A stretch of DNA of 64,000 nucleotides. Origin: Camelus ferus. Its lineage: Eukaryota. The translations under genes and the position numbers were made by a program. The notes below the pieces were generated by a model. The model searched no databases, was not told where the DNA came from, and saw only the letters and a program-made list of their open reading frames with translations. Positions 24,385-37,919 of the stretch are shown here, one piece after another (the stretch's first letter is position 1; each line of letters begins with the position of its first letter). Where the stretch lies: the NCBI RefSeq assembly GCF_009834535.1, contig NC_045707.1:57910001-57974000 (forward strand), read 5' to 3'.

Positions 24385-24845
24385 AAGAACCTACCAGGAA
24401 AACAGAAACCATGTCAAGAATTTGCGACAGAGAAGTTAACTCAGGGAATTGGTCATAAAAGTGACTGGAGGAACTGAGAGCCAAACAGGGAAGACCAGGT
24501 TAGAAAGCAGCAATAGCAGGAAGCCATCGTAACCCCTAGGATGGAGACAAAGGAGGAGGTAACGGTGCAGGAGCCCAGGGCTGGGGATACCTGTTTCCCC
24601 TACTGGGGGAAGTAGGAAGTAGGGTGGGTCTGTCCAGCAGGAGTTGGTACCATGGAGAAGATGCAGCTGCTGCCCAAGAATATCCCTGAAACAGGGAGGG
24701 TGGGGAATGCTCTGGCTTCTCCCTTCTTTCCAACCCCTCAGTCTTCCATGAGCCAGAAGTCTGCTGACATGAGAGCCTGGGGAATGCAACTTGGAGGGTA
24801 GAGCTGAGGAAGGGAAAGAAACAGATCTGAACACTAACAGTCCCC
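24385..24845 (-). mobile_element. ERVL LTR (LTR33-like)
   Basis: 'caggaaaacagaaacca...agcaatagcaggaagccatcgtaacccctagg...gagcctggggaatgcaacttggaggg'. Confidence 0.65.
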
Positions 24846-24859
24846 AAACCAGGCTGATG

Positions 24860-25030
24860 CATTATGTTCCTCAGTCTCATACCTCTATAAGGAAGGCACC
24901 ATTACTACCTTTTACAAATAAAGGAACTGAGATATAAAGAGGTTAAGAGCTTCCATAGTAAAGTTAGCAGTGGAACCACAATGGCAACCCAGTTCTATAT
25001 CCAGAACCTACCCTCCTAAACATCACCATG
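24860..25030 (-). mobile_element. MIR SINE
   Basis: 'attactaccttttacaaataaaggaactgagatataaagaggttaag'. Confidence 0.65.
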
Positions 25031-26399
25031 CCCTGGAACTTAGTAGATGCTCAAGACGTTTGTTTATTGAGCACTTTCTAGGTAGAGATACAAATATGAA
25101 TAAAAGCCTGAAGTTAGAACACTGTTCAACTCAACACTACTCAACTCAACCAATATTTCAGAGAACAGAAAAAACAACTGTTGGCCCTATGTTATTTTGA
25201 TAGTAGTTCCAAGGAAGAGCACGTTCATGAAGTCTATCTTCATGCTACATTTAGACATAAATTTCAGAAAGTTCAATTCAAAGCCATTCCATGCTTCTCT
25301 AAAAAAAAATCTAGAGAACTAGTTCGAGTTTAAAAGGGCAGAAAGGAGATAAACTTATACTTTCCTGTAAGCCTCATTCAAAAACTATCATTCATATTTA
25401 GAATAATTCAATAAAACATCATCTCTTAAATTACCTGAAAGAAAAGTAGACTAATTTTGTTCATTAACTATGTTATGAGTTTTGGGTATTGGTTTGTGAT
25501 TTTATTTCCCTAAACTGCTGGTGTTTAACTTACAATAAATCAAAGTCCTGAACAGGCACGCTGCTAGGTCAATAAGGATTCTTGTAGAAACCCTGGGTGT
25601 GGGTTGTGCTTTCTGGAAATCTAGTGAAAACAATTTGAAAAGTCAAAAACATAATCATCTCATAATGTCTAACGCTAGATACTCAGTGAACATTTGTGAA
25701 TTGATTTTTTTTAACAGAAGCAAAAGCAAATTGATGACAAAGATTGATTTTTTTCTAACAGGGAATTAGGGTTGTTACCTGTTTTCAAACTCAAGGAACA
25801 TTCAAGAGTCACCTGTGACAATAAATTGCCTCAGATCTACAGACTATTTCACTCGAGCTCCTTCAGGACTCCTGGATGAGTGCCCTCCAGTTCCAGCTAT
25901 TTATTTGCATCTACTTTGTCATTAGGTTTAGAACATACCGTGGCTTTGTCACTATTTGTTCTAGTACCTCTGACCTTTCAGCTTCAAACTGGAATTTGGG
26001 AGGAAAAATCTTAGCATCTTCCTTAGCAAGGAATGAAGCACAAGGTTGATTGGGCCTCTGGGTTTTTGTTTGTTTGTTTGTTTGTTTTTCATTCCAAAAG
26101 ACCTCCTTCACTTCCTCATCGAACTGTGCTATGTTGGATTAGGCTCTAAGAGAACTGAGAAGTAAGGACCCTATTTTCTATATTATTTGCTAGCAAACTC
26201 CCAGCCACCAAGAGCCACTATCCTCTACCTCCCACACCCCACCCTTCCATGTTCCTCTCTGACAAGGAGCCTAGCACACTCATGAGACCCTGGTCTGCCC
26301 TGCCTGAGAAGTCAGTCTCATTTTACAAATTCTCACCAGTAGAGATAACCAGACCAAGACTGATGTGGAGTGCACTGTTCTTGACTGAGTCAAAAGGAG

Positions 26400-26580
26400 G
26401 GAAATCAGAAGTTTGGATTTGAAGCGCTGGACCTATCATAACTAAGATTTGGGGGCAAGTTATTAGACCTCCCTGACCTTAATTTCCTCATCCAAAAAAT
26501 TTGAATGGTAATAACAATTACCATATGTGGTTATAAAGAAAATTAAATATGATAACAGCTACGCACAGTACCCATAAAGT
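26400..26580 (+). mobile_element. MIR SINE
   Basis: 'ggggcaagttattagacctccctgaccttaatttcctcatccaaaaaat'. Confidence 0.65.
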
Positions 26581-27194
26581 GAATTTCAAGGCCCTTGAAA
26601 GTTAACGTTTAGATATTATTGTTGGATTCTGTAAGGCATGGAATTCATGATGCTCTTTAGATAGTGGTAATTTTAAGTGCCTTTTAAGTTGGAGAGCCAT
26701 TCACAGTGATATGACTGACTGGTTAACTGCTTCCCCTGCTTGCCGTCCCTGTCATTCCCTCTACTCTGGAGTATTTACAATCCATAAGAAGTCCATCAAG
26801 AGGAGATAGTGAATATTGAAAGGTCCAAGTCCATGCTCTGGAACAGCAATATTAATTTCAGTACTAGTAAGGCGGCTCTACTTCCACGGAGTCTTTTTTT
26901 GGATAGAATTCCTCTTCTAATGTCTCCGGAATAAACTGACATTTTAGACCTTTGGAGAGATCTCAAGATGGTTTGTCTTGCCAGGATTTTGAAATTAATC
27001 TTATTGTGATTCCTATTATCTATTATTTCAGCCACATACAATTCCAGAATTAAATAAGTGAACATTACTTTTCCTTCATAATTTCTTTCAGATACAGATA
27101 CAAAACAAAGCATCATTTTCCAGAAACTGATTTTAAAAGTTAAAAAAAAAAATTAAAAGAATCTATTTATACTTGCTTTCTATGCCTTGTCCCT

Positions 27195-27353
27195 TTCTAG
27201 ACTTACCCTGGAGCACAGATGTAGGCTTCAGAGAATCCATACACTTATACTTAAATTATATAAAATCATGTGTGCGTGCATTTTTCTGGGGAAAGGGTCT
27301 TTACTCTTCTGTGGTGATCCATGACTCACCTAAGGCCAATAACGACTGCTCTG
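27195..27353. mobile_element. hAT-Charlie-type MITE fragment
   Basis: 'gtgtgcgtgcatttttctggggaaagggtc...ccatgactcacctaaggccaataacgactgctct' resembles Charlie/MER termini. Confidence 0.5.
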
Positions 27354-28639
27354 TGTGGTCCCCAGTTGAAAACCAATTGCAGTGGATGTCTGTGAACTTC
27401 AGGCCTACTTTTGAGTTTTGTTTTATCCACCACAAGGCTGCAGGTCTTTTCTCCAGTAACTGTAATATTTGTTTGCTGTCTTAGAAACAGCAAAAGGCCA
27501 ATGACTGGCACATCACTCGCTGCCCAGATGAAAGATAAATGCAAATAGATGAGCCCTGAATGTTACCCTTTGATCTCCCAGCCTGCTGGGATATCTCTCT
27601 GGAGCTTCTTTTGCAGGGCAATTTGGAAGTTTCTTTTGAACAGCTTCATTTTTTCATTTTTATTGGATAAGAAATTATTCTGCATTCTGTTCAGCAAGGA
27701 ACACATTATTCTGTCATAGCAGCATAGAAAGAGAAGCATTTTCAAAATGAATATCACATAGAGAAGAGATATAATTCTTGAAAGAAGTTTGGCTCAGTAA
27801 AATAAACAAAAAAATAATAATCAGGAGAGATTTGTGGGGAACAATGGCCTTTGGTCAGGCAGGACTCTGAGAAAGAGCAAACTCCTTTCTATAGTTATTA
27901 ATATTCATTTTTTTTGGTATCAGCTATTATATTAAGAGAGATACAAAATAACAGAGCATTGTGGATGCCTCTGAATATGTAGAAGAAATATGTACATCTC
28001 CTTGGCCACTATTCTCCAAGTGTAAATTAGCCCCACCTAGAGCTCTATTAATTCTTTTAGATGAAAGAGACTCCAGATTTAGACAGCACACCTAAATATC
28101 ATGCTCCCTGAGCTGCTTACTCTTTTGATAGGATCAGAATCACTATGCTATAAATAAAAGTGTCTAATGCCTGACGCTGAGCACATATTTACTGCCCATG
28201 TTCTGTCTTCTCCAAGCCTTCAAGAGCAAGCAACACACTCAACTCAGCATAATCAACCTGAGACAAACAAATCTCTTCTGCTCCAAAAAGACTCTGAGGT
28301 GAACTTCTGAATAACAGCATTCCTTCCCTTGAGATTCAAGGGTTTCTCCCAACTGCCCAACAATGCCAGAATTTTATGTAGAGAACTATAGCCGCCCCTA
28401 CAGGACTCCAGGAGGTAGAGGACCCACAGTGGAGGATGGAAGGTTTGAAGGCTGGTAAGGGAAGGAGAGGAAGGACATTCGTTCAATTAATGGGAGACAA
28501 GGGGTGTGTCTATCAGCAGAGAGCACTCTAAACACACGCAAGTCAAGCACTGACCTCTAGGCTGTGATTCAAGGTGTTTTAGAAAAGCCTTTCCCACTCC
28601 TCTCCTCTCCTCACTCCCACCCCCACCTCCAATCCAAAT

Positions 28640-28890
28640 GCAGGGTCACAGTCCCTTACTGGAAACCCAAGAGGCCAGCTGGAATTTGGAATTCTGAATT
28701 TTTGGGACTTCAGAAGGTTAATAGAATGTTTACCTTACGATATGTGGTACCCCATAGTGAGGTCTGGGGGAGCACCCCATTATCATATACATTAATAGTC
28801 CTGCTGCAAAATGTATGAACAGTCACCTTAAATGTCAAAATAGACTATGAATAACCTTCTGTCAATCCATGCCAGCTTTGTACCCAGTTA
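28640..28890. mobile_element. Tigger-family MITE (MER46C-like)
   Basis: Similar to the 23948-24250 copy: 'ggaattctgaatttttgggacttcagaagg...gtgaggtctgggggagcacccc...tagactatgaataacct'. Confidence 0.65.
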
Positions 28891-29594
28891 TTTCAGATCA
28901 GCAAATGATTTCCCTAAGGTGGAATGCTGCTCTGCTAACTCATGCCAGGCAGTCTTTCCCAGCTCTCACACCTATGCCTTCCCATAAAAATGACTAGTTG
29001 CTTGAATGGTCCCAAATTCTCCAGATTTAATTTTAGTGCTTGAATAAAAATAAACCAAGTTCCCATCCAAGGTAGAGTGGGAAACCTCCTGCTCTGCTCT
29101 CCCGCCACACCCCCGAGCCTTTTCTGACTTGTCCGTTCTGCTGGCTTCCTCTCTCACTCACGTCTGGCTTCTGAGGGCTGCTGTATTTTCTTTGCCTCGT
29201 GCAACCCACCGTGGAACACAGCTCTTTTTCTTTTGAGTGTCAATGCAACCAAAGTAAAGCGGAGACAGAGAGGAGGAGACAGATACAGGAGATGTTAAGG
29301 CTATAGAATGAATGAGACTTGGCTGTATTAGGCTGCCGGAAATGAGGGAGAGACGCTATGTTCCTGGCTTGGGTGAATGTTTAAGAAATAGTATTTCTGC
29401 CAATATAGGTAAAAAGAAGTTTCGCTAAAAATATCCTATATTCGATAACAGCATTTTGCTGAAGACATAGGGACGATGGAGAGGGAGTGATACCTCGGCA
29501 TCACACAGGAAAGGGAGTTGAAATTTTTCTTTTAAGAACCCTCATCCATTCCCACCACTCCAGACTTCAGTGATGCTGGGGCTTCTCTCACGGT

Positions 29595-29793
29595 ACCTGT
29601 GCTGACTACACAGTAACCACCAGCCACGTGTGGCCACTGAGCTCTCACAACTTGGCTAGTCCAAAATGGGATGTGCTGTTAATGCAAAATATCTTACTAA
29701 AATTAATTTCACTTGTTCCTTTTTCTTTCTAAACCTATTAGAAAATTTTAAATTATATCTCTACACAACACCTTATGTTTTATTGGACAGTGC
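29595..29793. mobile_element. hAT-Charlie MITE (MER33/MER3-like)
   Basis: 'gtaaccaccagccacgtgtggccactgagc...ttggctagtccaaaatgggatgtgctg...aaaattaatttcacttgttcc...tattggacagtgc'. Confidence 0.75.
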
Positions 29794-31139
29794 GGATCCA
29801 AGTCTTTCTCATATCTTCCTCCCTTTTAAGAGTCTCTCTTGATCTTTTTTCAGAAACTCAGAAGTTGTCCCATTCAGCATACTAAGCAAGCAGCATCGTT
29901 CCCTCCTGATCGCAGTCTGCCCTACATTGGTCAAGCCCACGTGAGAATGAGGGAGCAGCTGACAAGGAGGGAGAGGAATGGTTTCCCCTGCTATTCTCAG
30001 GGGTGGCCATTAAGGAATTTTCTTAAACAGAGTCTCTCCTTATCCAAAGATAAATTCTGCAGCTGACCCTAAAATACAAAAATATTCTTTCTACTACAAA
30101 CATATACAGAAAACATACTTATCAGTCATTAACTTTGAAGGCTATACTGAATACGAGTGATTTGAAATTCTTGACTTTATGTCCCTTTGTTGAACTGATA
30201 TAAAGAACCTTTAATGGTGGCTGATTCTTTATTCGTATCTCAGATACCCCAGGAAGAAGACTGGGAAGGAAAGCAAAAGGAGGTTGACATCCTTTAGGGA
30301 GATTTCATCCAGGGCATGGCAAGGCCTGATGGAACAATTCTGCCTGTTACTAGAGAACAGCTCTTTACTCACTCAGTGAATCTGTGTTAAGCACCTGCAA
30401 GATGGGAGCAGCCCAAGTGCTGAACACCTCATTTTCTGGAAACACCATTCTTCTCCCTTGAACACCAAATGCCAATAAACAAGTAACTGGTTTCCTAAAT
30501 ACCCATATCTAATTGTTGTCAACTTCTGATCATATATCTTGATGGTTGAAAATGAATCATTAGTAGTCACTTTTCCATTAGAGGAGAAAAATAAAGATAC
30601 TGCAGATGTCAACATTTCACAAATTAGACTAAAAGCCCCAAAAAGAGAAAACTCATTCCACAGTCTACTTCTATTTATATAGCTAATAAAAAATATCTTG
30701 CCTTTTTCCCTTGAAATCACCACACTCCTTTATATAATTTGAGAACTCAGGAAATGTGACAGAGTATTCATTACCTACTCCTTTCTTTTAAAGAAAATAG
30801 GTACAAGAATAAAAAGATCACTACGTTCAAATAAACATCTACAAGAGTTACAGGAACATCACCAGTTTTTTATGACTCTTGTGGAGCAAACTACTTCTGA
30901 CTAACAATTATCTGGATGGTTTAATCAACGTATACTGTTTTCTTTCAGGTGAACTCAGAAGTTATTCCATGTATGTTTATTTCACAAATGTGAAGAAAAA
31001 AAAACACTCAATTACTAAAATCACTGAAGTCCAGATATATTCCCAGAAACACTAGTTCTCCTCTCTTAATTTGTTGGAACTTCACATCATTTATAGACTT
31101 TAAAAGCTCAAATTCACATTTAATAAACAGGAAAGACAA

Positions 31140-31365
31140 TCGCTGATGCCATATACATGCGATGAGCGGGGCACTGTTCTGAGCCCTTTACGTGCACTGA
31201 CTTCCACAGTCCTCACAATGACACTCAGAGGTAGATACTATTACCCACATTTTCCAAATGAGGACACTGAAGCACGGAGAGATTATGAAACCTGCCAAAG
31301 ATCACCAGGCTGTTAGTGGCAGATCCTCGGTGACCCCAATCAGTTAGTCTGACTCCTTGTCCACA
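31140..31365 (-). mobile_element. MIR SINE
   Basis: 'gaggtagatactattacccacattttccaaatgaggacactgaagcacggagagatt...tgccaaagatcacc'. Confidence 0.85.
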
Positions 31366-31739
31366 CTTGTCAACATTGCACCTTACTTCTGAACAAAACA
31401 ATAACAATACATGACATTTGATGTGATTATTTGCTTAATTAATGATGGCAAGACTGCCTGAAAACTTCCATCTCACTGGCAAAACTGGGCACAAATAGTT
31501 AACAAAGCAGACATCAAAATCAACCAGCCTTAAAACTGAACTCTAAGCACAAACACTCCAAATAATCCACATAAGCCGATAATCTACCTCTGAACATCAC
31601 ATACAGCTGGGCTGAAAGTTGAACTAAAGACAATTGTTGGTAAAGCTGAAAAACAACTAAAAATGGGATAGAGTAGCTCCATGAAGATCAGTCTGCGATG
31701 GCACAAAGAAGATCCGTGCTACACAGTCCATGTGAGAAA

Positions 31740-32090
31740 TGGTGCAGACTGAAAATGTCAGGAGAAAAGGAAAGGAAGAAAAGGAGACAGAGATGGGTAA
31801 GTCAGATGGAACTTGAGTGGACGTGACTTGAGAGAGGGCATGGCATTTGAGATCATTGCGCAGGGTTCTGGTTTGAATGACTTGGTAAAAGTGTGATGAT
31901 ACCTGCCTTTCATTAGTGTAGGGGATGGGGAAGGAAAGGTGGGGTTAAAGGTATAGAGGATGCAATCAGTTTGGGAAATGTTTGGCTTAGGGTGTGCCTG
32001 GAACATTCAGAGGAAAATGTCCTGGAAGTAACTGGAAGAATGCATCTGAAGCTCAGGAGAGCGATCTAGAGACAGTGGCCATTAGCATGT
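31740..32090 (-). mobile_element. L2 fragment
   Basis: 'cagtttgggaaatgtttggcttagggtgtgcctggaacattcagaggaaaatgtcc...tctgaagctcaggagag'. Confidence 0.65.
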
Positions 32091-32468
32091 TTTAAACACT
32101 GGCAAACTGCCCCCGGGGCATGGTGTTTCTAAAGGCAGCCTTCTTGAAGTTATTTAACTTAAATTCCTCTAACATTCTTTAAGTGCTTGCTATACCTAAG
32201 GCACTATGATAAGCACTGTGGAAATTCAAAAAGGCCTTGAAGCGTATTTTAATTTTGCACTCCCTCAAAAAACTTGTACTCAGAGTAAGAAGACTAACCT
32301 CAAAATCAAGACAAAAACCATAATAGAAACACTAAACCTTCTAGTGGAACAAATAAAGCCAATCAGTTGGGGAGATCAGGGAATGTTTTAAGGAAGGAAG
32401 TGGTTTTTGATCAAGGCAAGATAAAAAGAGATGAGGATGAAATTGTGGTATGGAGGTAGAAGAACTAC

Positions 32469-32955
32469 TGCGTTGGTCAAGGCTTAGTTGCAGAGGACAG
32501 AATCCACATCAGCTTCCTTAAACAGCAAAGCATTGCTGTGATTCCCAGATGTTAAAAGGTTCCCAGAGTAAATGGAAAAAAACTAAATAAATATCTCTGG
32601 GCAGAGTGTCTAGGAACAACTCCCAAGTTCCCACTGCAAGAATGGACTTCCAAGACAGCTGCTTTCCCCCACCATGATCAAGAAGTGGCCACTTCCAAGG
32701 CCAGCCCTAGTGTCATCCACCTTGACAACAATCTCAACCAACAAAATGGATAATTCTTGGCATAATTCAGGTCCAAATTCAAATCTCAAGTGAGTTCACT
32801 TGACAAACCAGATCTAAATCAAGTCTGGCACTCTCGCTATTAAAGGAGTTTGGGAGATGAGTTGTTTTAACTTTCCAGTTTCTGTAGTACAAAAGGACGC
32901 ACTAAAATGAAGTTGGAACAGATGTGGGTAAGACAATCTACATATCTGCCATACT
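32469..32955 (-). mobile_element. Old MaLR LTR (MLT1-type)
   Basis: Starts 'tgcgttggtcaaggcttagttgcagaggacagaatccac', the reverse of an MLT1 3' end. Confidence 0.5.
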
Positions 32956-34389
32956 AGACATTTTCAGAGACTTGTGATTAGCCTAGCAACCAACTATCCA
33001 TCCACCAACTCATTTACTCATTCACCCAAAAACATTTTGGTGTTAATGATATGCCACTAATCAATATTAGTTTTACATTTCTACCTTCACTCTAACTTCT
33101 ATTCTCTGAGAACACATCAATGAACTATTCAACTATAGTCTGTTGTTATACTCTTGCCATTTTTTAATCTAAACAAAAACAACTTATTATTTTCTTGACA
33201 TCTGTTTTTATTGCTCTAAAATGATAATTTACCTGTTGGCTTTGCACGTTGGAATCATGTGACTACCCAGGTGGTCAAAATGTTCTTATCTTGCACCTGG
33301 TAGCAAAAGCTCTCATACCCAGTCTTTGACATATTGGAGATGAAAAAAAAAAAAAAAAAAAAGAAAACCCTCCATAGCCCCATCCTATTCATCTGGAGAA
33401 CATATGTTCTCATTTTCATTTGCTCATCATCATCATTTAATAATAGTAATAATGAGGAAGACGGCGAGAAGAATGACAACACTGATGATTATGTAATGCT
33501 TGCATGTGCCAAGCCCTGTGTCAAACACTCAACTTAAATTATTTTATTTAATTCTTGTAACAACTTTATTAGTGACAACTACTACAACGGTTACTATTTT
33601 ACAGATGAGGTAATTAAAACTATCAAAGACTAAGAAAATAATCTTACCAACCAGTTGGCAGTTTTAACCAAGTGTAATTATACATCTAAGCCCCTCTTTC
33701 TAACAGAAGGAAAAGGGTCGTTGCCCAAGGACAAGATGCAGCAATAATCCCCTAAATCCAATAAGGAATTCATGCACTTTGATTCACAACAAGCTACTCC
33801 ACGTTGTATAATTGAAAGTGTGGTTGTCTAGAAAAGGGATACCCAACTAATGCTACCACCTTCAAGAAGGAAACTCTAACTCTAAATTTATTTATAAACC
33901 ATAACACTCCCTTGTAGTAACATCAGAACAGGCGGAACTCTTTGTTTTTCCATTAAGTCTATGACTTTAGCCTATCTATTTTAGTCTATTTTAATAGCCC
34001 CTCTATCTAAAAAGTTGGGAAACACCAAAATGATACTTCTTCCCAAAGAACAGAAATACACACTAGAACTTCATTTTTTTAATCCACATGAACCAGGTCT
34101 CATTCCAGACCCTGAATTTTAGTGGGAAAGCCTCTATTCATCACAGCAGCATCCCCAGAAGATAATTATGTTCCTCAGGCCTGGATTCCTGTATTATCCT
34201 GGCATCAGATCAGGATGTTAATAAACTTAGAAACATGAGACAGGAGTGCCTGGCACAGAGTCCCAGCATGCTGTTAATTGGTGACGTGGCTTTAAATAAG
34301 CCATTTAACTTCTTCCCCATTTGCCTCCTCATAGGTAATGTCAAGATGAAAAATAAATTCTCAGAATTTGGTCAGCATTTAGTGTTTTG

Positions 34390-34620
34390 TTTGAGACTTG
34401 TAAATACTAACTACTATATATAAAATGGATAGACAACAAGGTCCTACTGTATAGCCCAGGGAACTATATTCAATATCTTATAATTATCTATAATGAAAAA
34501 GAATATGAAAAGGAATATATACAAATATGTACAACTGAATCACTATGCTGTACACCAGAAATTAATACAACATTGTAAACCGACTATACCTCAATTAAAA
34601 AAAAATGGGAAAAAAAAAGT
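34390..34620 (+). mobile_element. Cetartiodactyl-type L1 3' end with A tail
   Basis: 'aaaatggatagacaacaaggtcctactgtatagcccagggaactatattcaatatc...ctatgctgtacaccagaaattaatacaacattgtaaaccgactatacctcaattaaaaaaaa'; homologous to 47670-47850. Confidence 0.9.
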
Positions 34621-35164
34621 ATGGTAAGGTCTGAGTAGTGAGTAGAATAATGTTAAAACATCTAAATCAGTGTCCTGATGTGTCCTGGGTCAAATACCTA
34701 ATGTGGCAAGAGGTTTTGGTCAATTCCATTTCTCACAAGTTTATCAAAGTCCTGTCCCAGCAGTTAAAGTGCTCCGTGTGAAACACCAAGCTAATGTCTT
34801 TCATTGTGTAAACATGAAAATAAGTATTCACAACTGATTGTGCTAGAAATACAGACAACCAGATGGTGATCAAGTTTTCAGTGAATACAAATTCAGTCAC
34901 ATTTTTTCTTTGCTGCCTAGAAATTCCTTTATAACATAAAATGATAGTAACCACTGGCATTTCATTAGAAATTGGTCAGCTATAATTGACTTAACTGAAT
35001 AAAATTTGAGACTAAATCTCTCCTGTTGATTATATTTTAAACAATCTTGTCTTGTCGCCCTAAAGGAAAATAGTCTTTTTGCGTTAATAAGATCTCAGTT
35101 CTGAAACTGACCAAAAATGGGCACTTCTTTTTCCTCTGCTGGGAATATTAATCCAGCTAACAGA

Positions 35165-35975
35165 TACTTAATAAATATTATCGCATACCAGGAAATATTC
35201 CTGGTGTTAGGAGTTAGACAGCAAAGAAAACAGATAAAGATCTCTGCCCTGTGATGCTTACATTCTAGTGGAATAGAAGAAGAGACAGGAAAATAAGAAA
35301 TTAACACAGTTAAACAAAATACATAGTATTTCAGAGGTTGATAAATGCTATTTAAAAAATAAAACAAGAGAAAAACTACAGGGAATGATGAATTATCTGG
35401 AAGGGCTGGAGTAGGGTGACGATAGCAGTTGTAAACAGGATGAAAAAGCCTCCTTGATAGAGGACATTTGAACTATAGTTTTGTTTGTGGCTGTCTGGAG
35501 CATATATGTTCCAGGTAGAGGGAAGAGCAAGTCCAAAAGCCCGAGGCACTCCTGGAATGTTTGAAAACCAGCAAAGAACTAGGAACTGAGTAGTAGAAGA
35601 GGTCAAAAATATATCATGAGGTATACCCCGTGAAGTCAAGAAGGTACCATATTACTCTCTATGTGGAGACAAGGAGACCTGGTAGGAGGCAATTATACTA
35701 ATCCAGGTAAGAGGGATACTGGCTATGACCAAGATAATGGTGGTGGAGGTGACTTGACTCAGTTAAATATGTTTTAATCCTAAAGTTAAAGGAATTTACC
35801 AAATGATTTGAAATAGAATGTGAAAGGAAGAGAGAAAAAGGATGGTGTTAAGATTTTTAGACTATCTAGCATACAATTGCCATCAACGGAGATTGGAAGG
35901 ACTTCAAAAAGTGCATGCTTTGGGGAAAAGCAGGAGCTTATTTTCAGGCAGGTTTAATTTGGAATTCAAGGGAGA
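35165..35975 (-). mobile_element. L2 (L2a-like) 3' portion
   Basis: 'aaaacagataaagatctctgccctgtgatgcttacattctagtgg...gttccaggtagagggaagagcaagtccaaaagcccgaggca'. Confidence 0.8.
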
Positions 35976-36149
35976 AGAAACAAATTCAAGCCTCAACAAC
36001 ATATAACACAGAGAATGCTTAAAGCCACAAAGTTTTTATGAGATTGTATGAGAGGGAGAACAGCAAGAAAGTAGATAAAATAATTCAGAACAATTCTTTT
36101 GCTAAAGAAGAGATGCTATCTAATTATAAAAACACCCACATCTTCAGGA

Positions 36150-36830
36150 AGCATCAAAGATTCAGACTTCAAATCATTTGAGTAGTCCAGAAAATCTCAA
36201 AACTGGCACTGGATTAAGGTAAAACTGGATTACTAGTGCCCCCAAGAACTTGGAAAAAACCATCAAAGTCTTTATTGAGGAATATAATATATATGTAGGC
36301 CTCAAAGTATTTCTATACTCAATTTCAAATATAATATCTGGTACACAATCAAAGATAAATAAAGTGCACAAGGAGACAGTAGCAGTAAGAGCAGACAATA
36401 GAGAGATCTACACGGGCTCCAGATATTGGAATTTCCATAATTAGACTTTAAGACAACCATGCGTAATTTGTTCATGAAAAACAGACAACTGAAAACTATA
36501 AAAAGAAATTATAGCAAACTTGAAATGAGCTAAAAGTTTAATTACCAAGATTAAGAAATCAAGGAAGGATTTATAAGCAAATTGTATCAGGGACCTGGAA
36601 AAGGTCAGAAAAAAAAATTCAGAAAAGAAAAATCAAGGCATGTGGTGAGAAGGCAAGAGCACACTACGAAGTCTAACATAATTGGATTTACAAAAACAAA
36701 GGGACAGAAGCAGTATTTGAAGAGACGATAACCAATAATTTCCCAAAACTAATGAAATAAATCAATCCATAGATTCATGAAGACCAGCAAGTTCCAAAGC
36801 AGAATAAACAAAAAACACAGAGAAATTTTC
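36150..36830 (+). mobile_element. Old L1M 5'/ORF1 fragment
   Basis: 'cagatattggaattt...agactttaa', 'agtctaacataattgga', 'agcagtatttgaagagacgataaccaataatttcccaaaact...ccatagattcatgaag'. Confidence 0.7.
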
Positions 36831-36869
36831 ATTGACTAAAGAACTTCAATATTTAGGAGTTGGAGACAT

Positions 36870-37130
36870 TGACAGATAAATGGATAAAGGAGACATGGTT
36901 TTTATATATGTATAATGGAACATTCTTTCTTGAGAAAGAAGGAAATCCTGCCATTTTGACAACGTGGATGGACCTTGAGGGCATTATGTTTAATGAGATA
37001 AGCTAGACAGAGAAAAAGAAGAGTTGTATGACACAACTTAACGTGGAATCTAAGAAAAGCCAAACTTGTAGAAACAGGGAATAGGATGGTGGTTACCAGG
37101 GGCTGAGGCATGGGAGAATTGGGAGATGCT
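36870..37130 (+). mobile_element. L1MA/L1MB 3' fragment
   Basis: 'gaaggaaatcctgccattttgacaacgtggatggaccttgagggcattatg...gtggttaccaggggctgagg'. Confidence 0.85.
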
Positions 37131-37463
37131 AAAGTCCACAGGAAAATGAGAGCTCATCAGCTGGGAGGAAGATAGCAGGTCTCTAAAGAAAGAGGCATTT
37201 GAGATGGATATCAAAGGAGGAATAGAATTTCAATAAATAGAGATAGACTATTTATCTGGGCTTTATTTGAAGACCAATAAGAAACCATTGAATGTTTCAG
37301 AACAGGAAGATCAATCTGGTGTGATGCATAAATGAGTTTAGAGGAAAAGAAACTAAAGGCAGGTGGTCTCTCAGTGATCTATAGCAATAGTCCAGGTGAA
37401 TAGTGAAAGAAAGAGGATGGTAGCGTTGAGAATGGAAGGGAAAGAAAGCCTGGAACTAATTTT

Positions 37464-37690
37464 ATGTCAGCTATTGCTGCAATAATGCTGTTTAACAAAT
37501 AGTGCTGGAATTCCGTGGTTCTAAAAAGCAGTATTGTTTCTTGATCACACATTTGTGCATTGTCTAGAGGTTGGCTGATTTAATCTGGGCTTGACTGGGT
37601 TTAGGTACAAACTGTAAGCGGGGGCCTGGGCTGCTCCATGTCCTTCTCATCTCCCTTGGACTAGTGGGATATGAAGCAATGATAGAAATG
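37464..37690 (-). mobile_element. MaLR LTR fragment (MLT1J-like)
   Basis: 'gtcagctattgctgcaataatgctgtttaacaaat...ggctgctccatgtccttctcatc'. Confidence 0.6.
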
Positions 37691-37919
37691 AAAAACATTT
37701 TACCCTGGGTAACAAAAAATAAAGAAAAAGAATTATAAACCAGTTAAAAAGTTGACTGAATGATTAGGCTATGATGAGACCAAGGACAGGTGATCACAGA
37801 TTCTGTGAAGCTACATTAATTTTCAAATAAATTCCATGTGTAAGCATCTCCAGTAGGTATCTCAAAATGAGAAATTTTAAAACTCAGGAGACATAAAATG
37901 ATATTTCATTGATTTAGAA

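Noticed and set aside
28217..28454. Plus-strand acceptor/donor pair resembling a coding exon
   Set aside because: Stops in all three frames and no recognisable product
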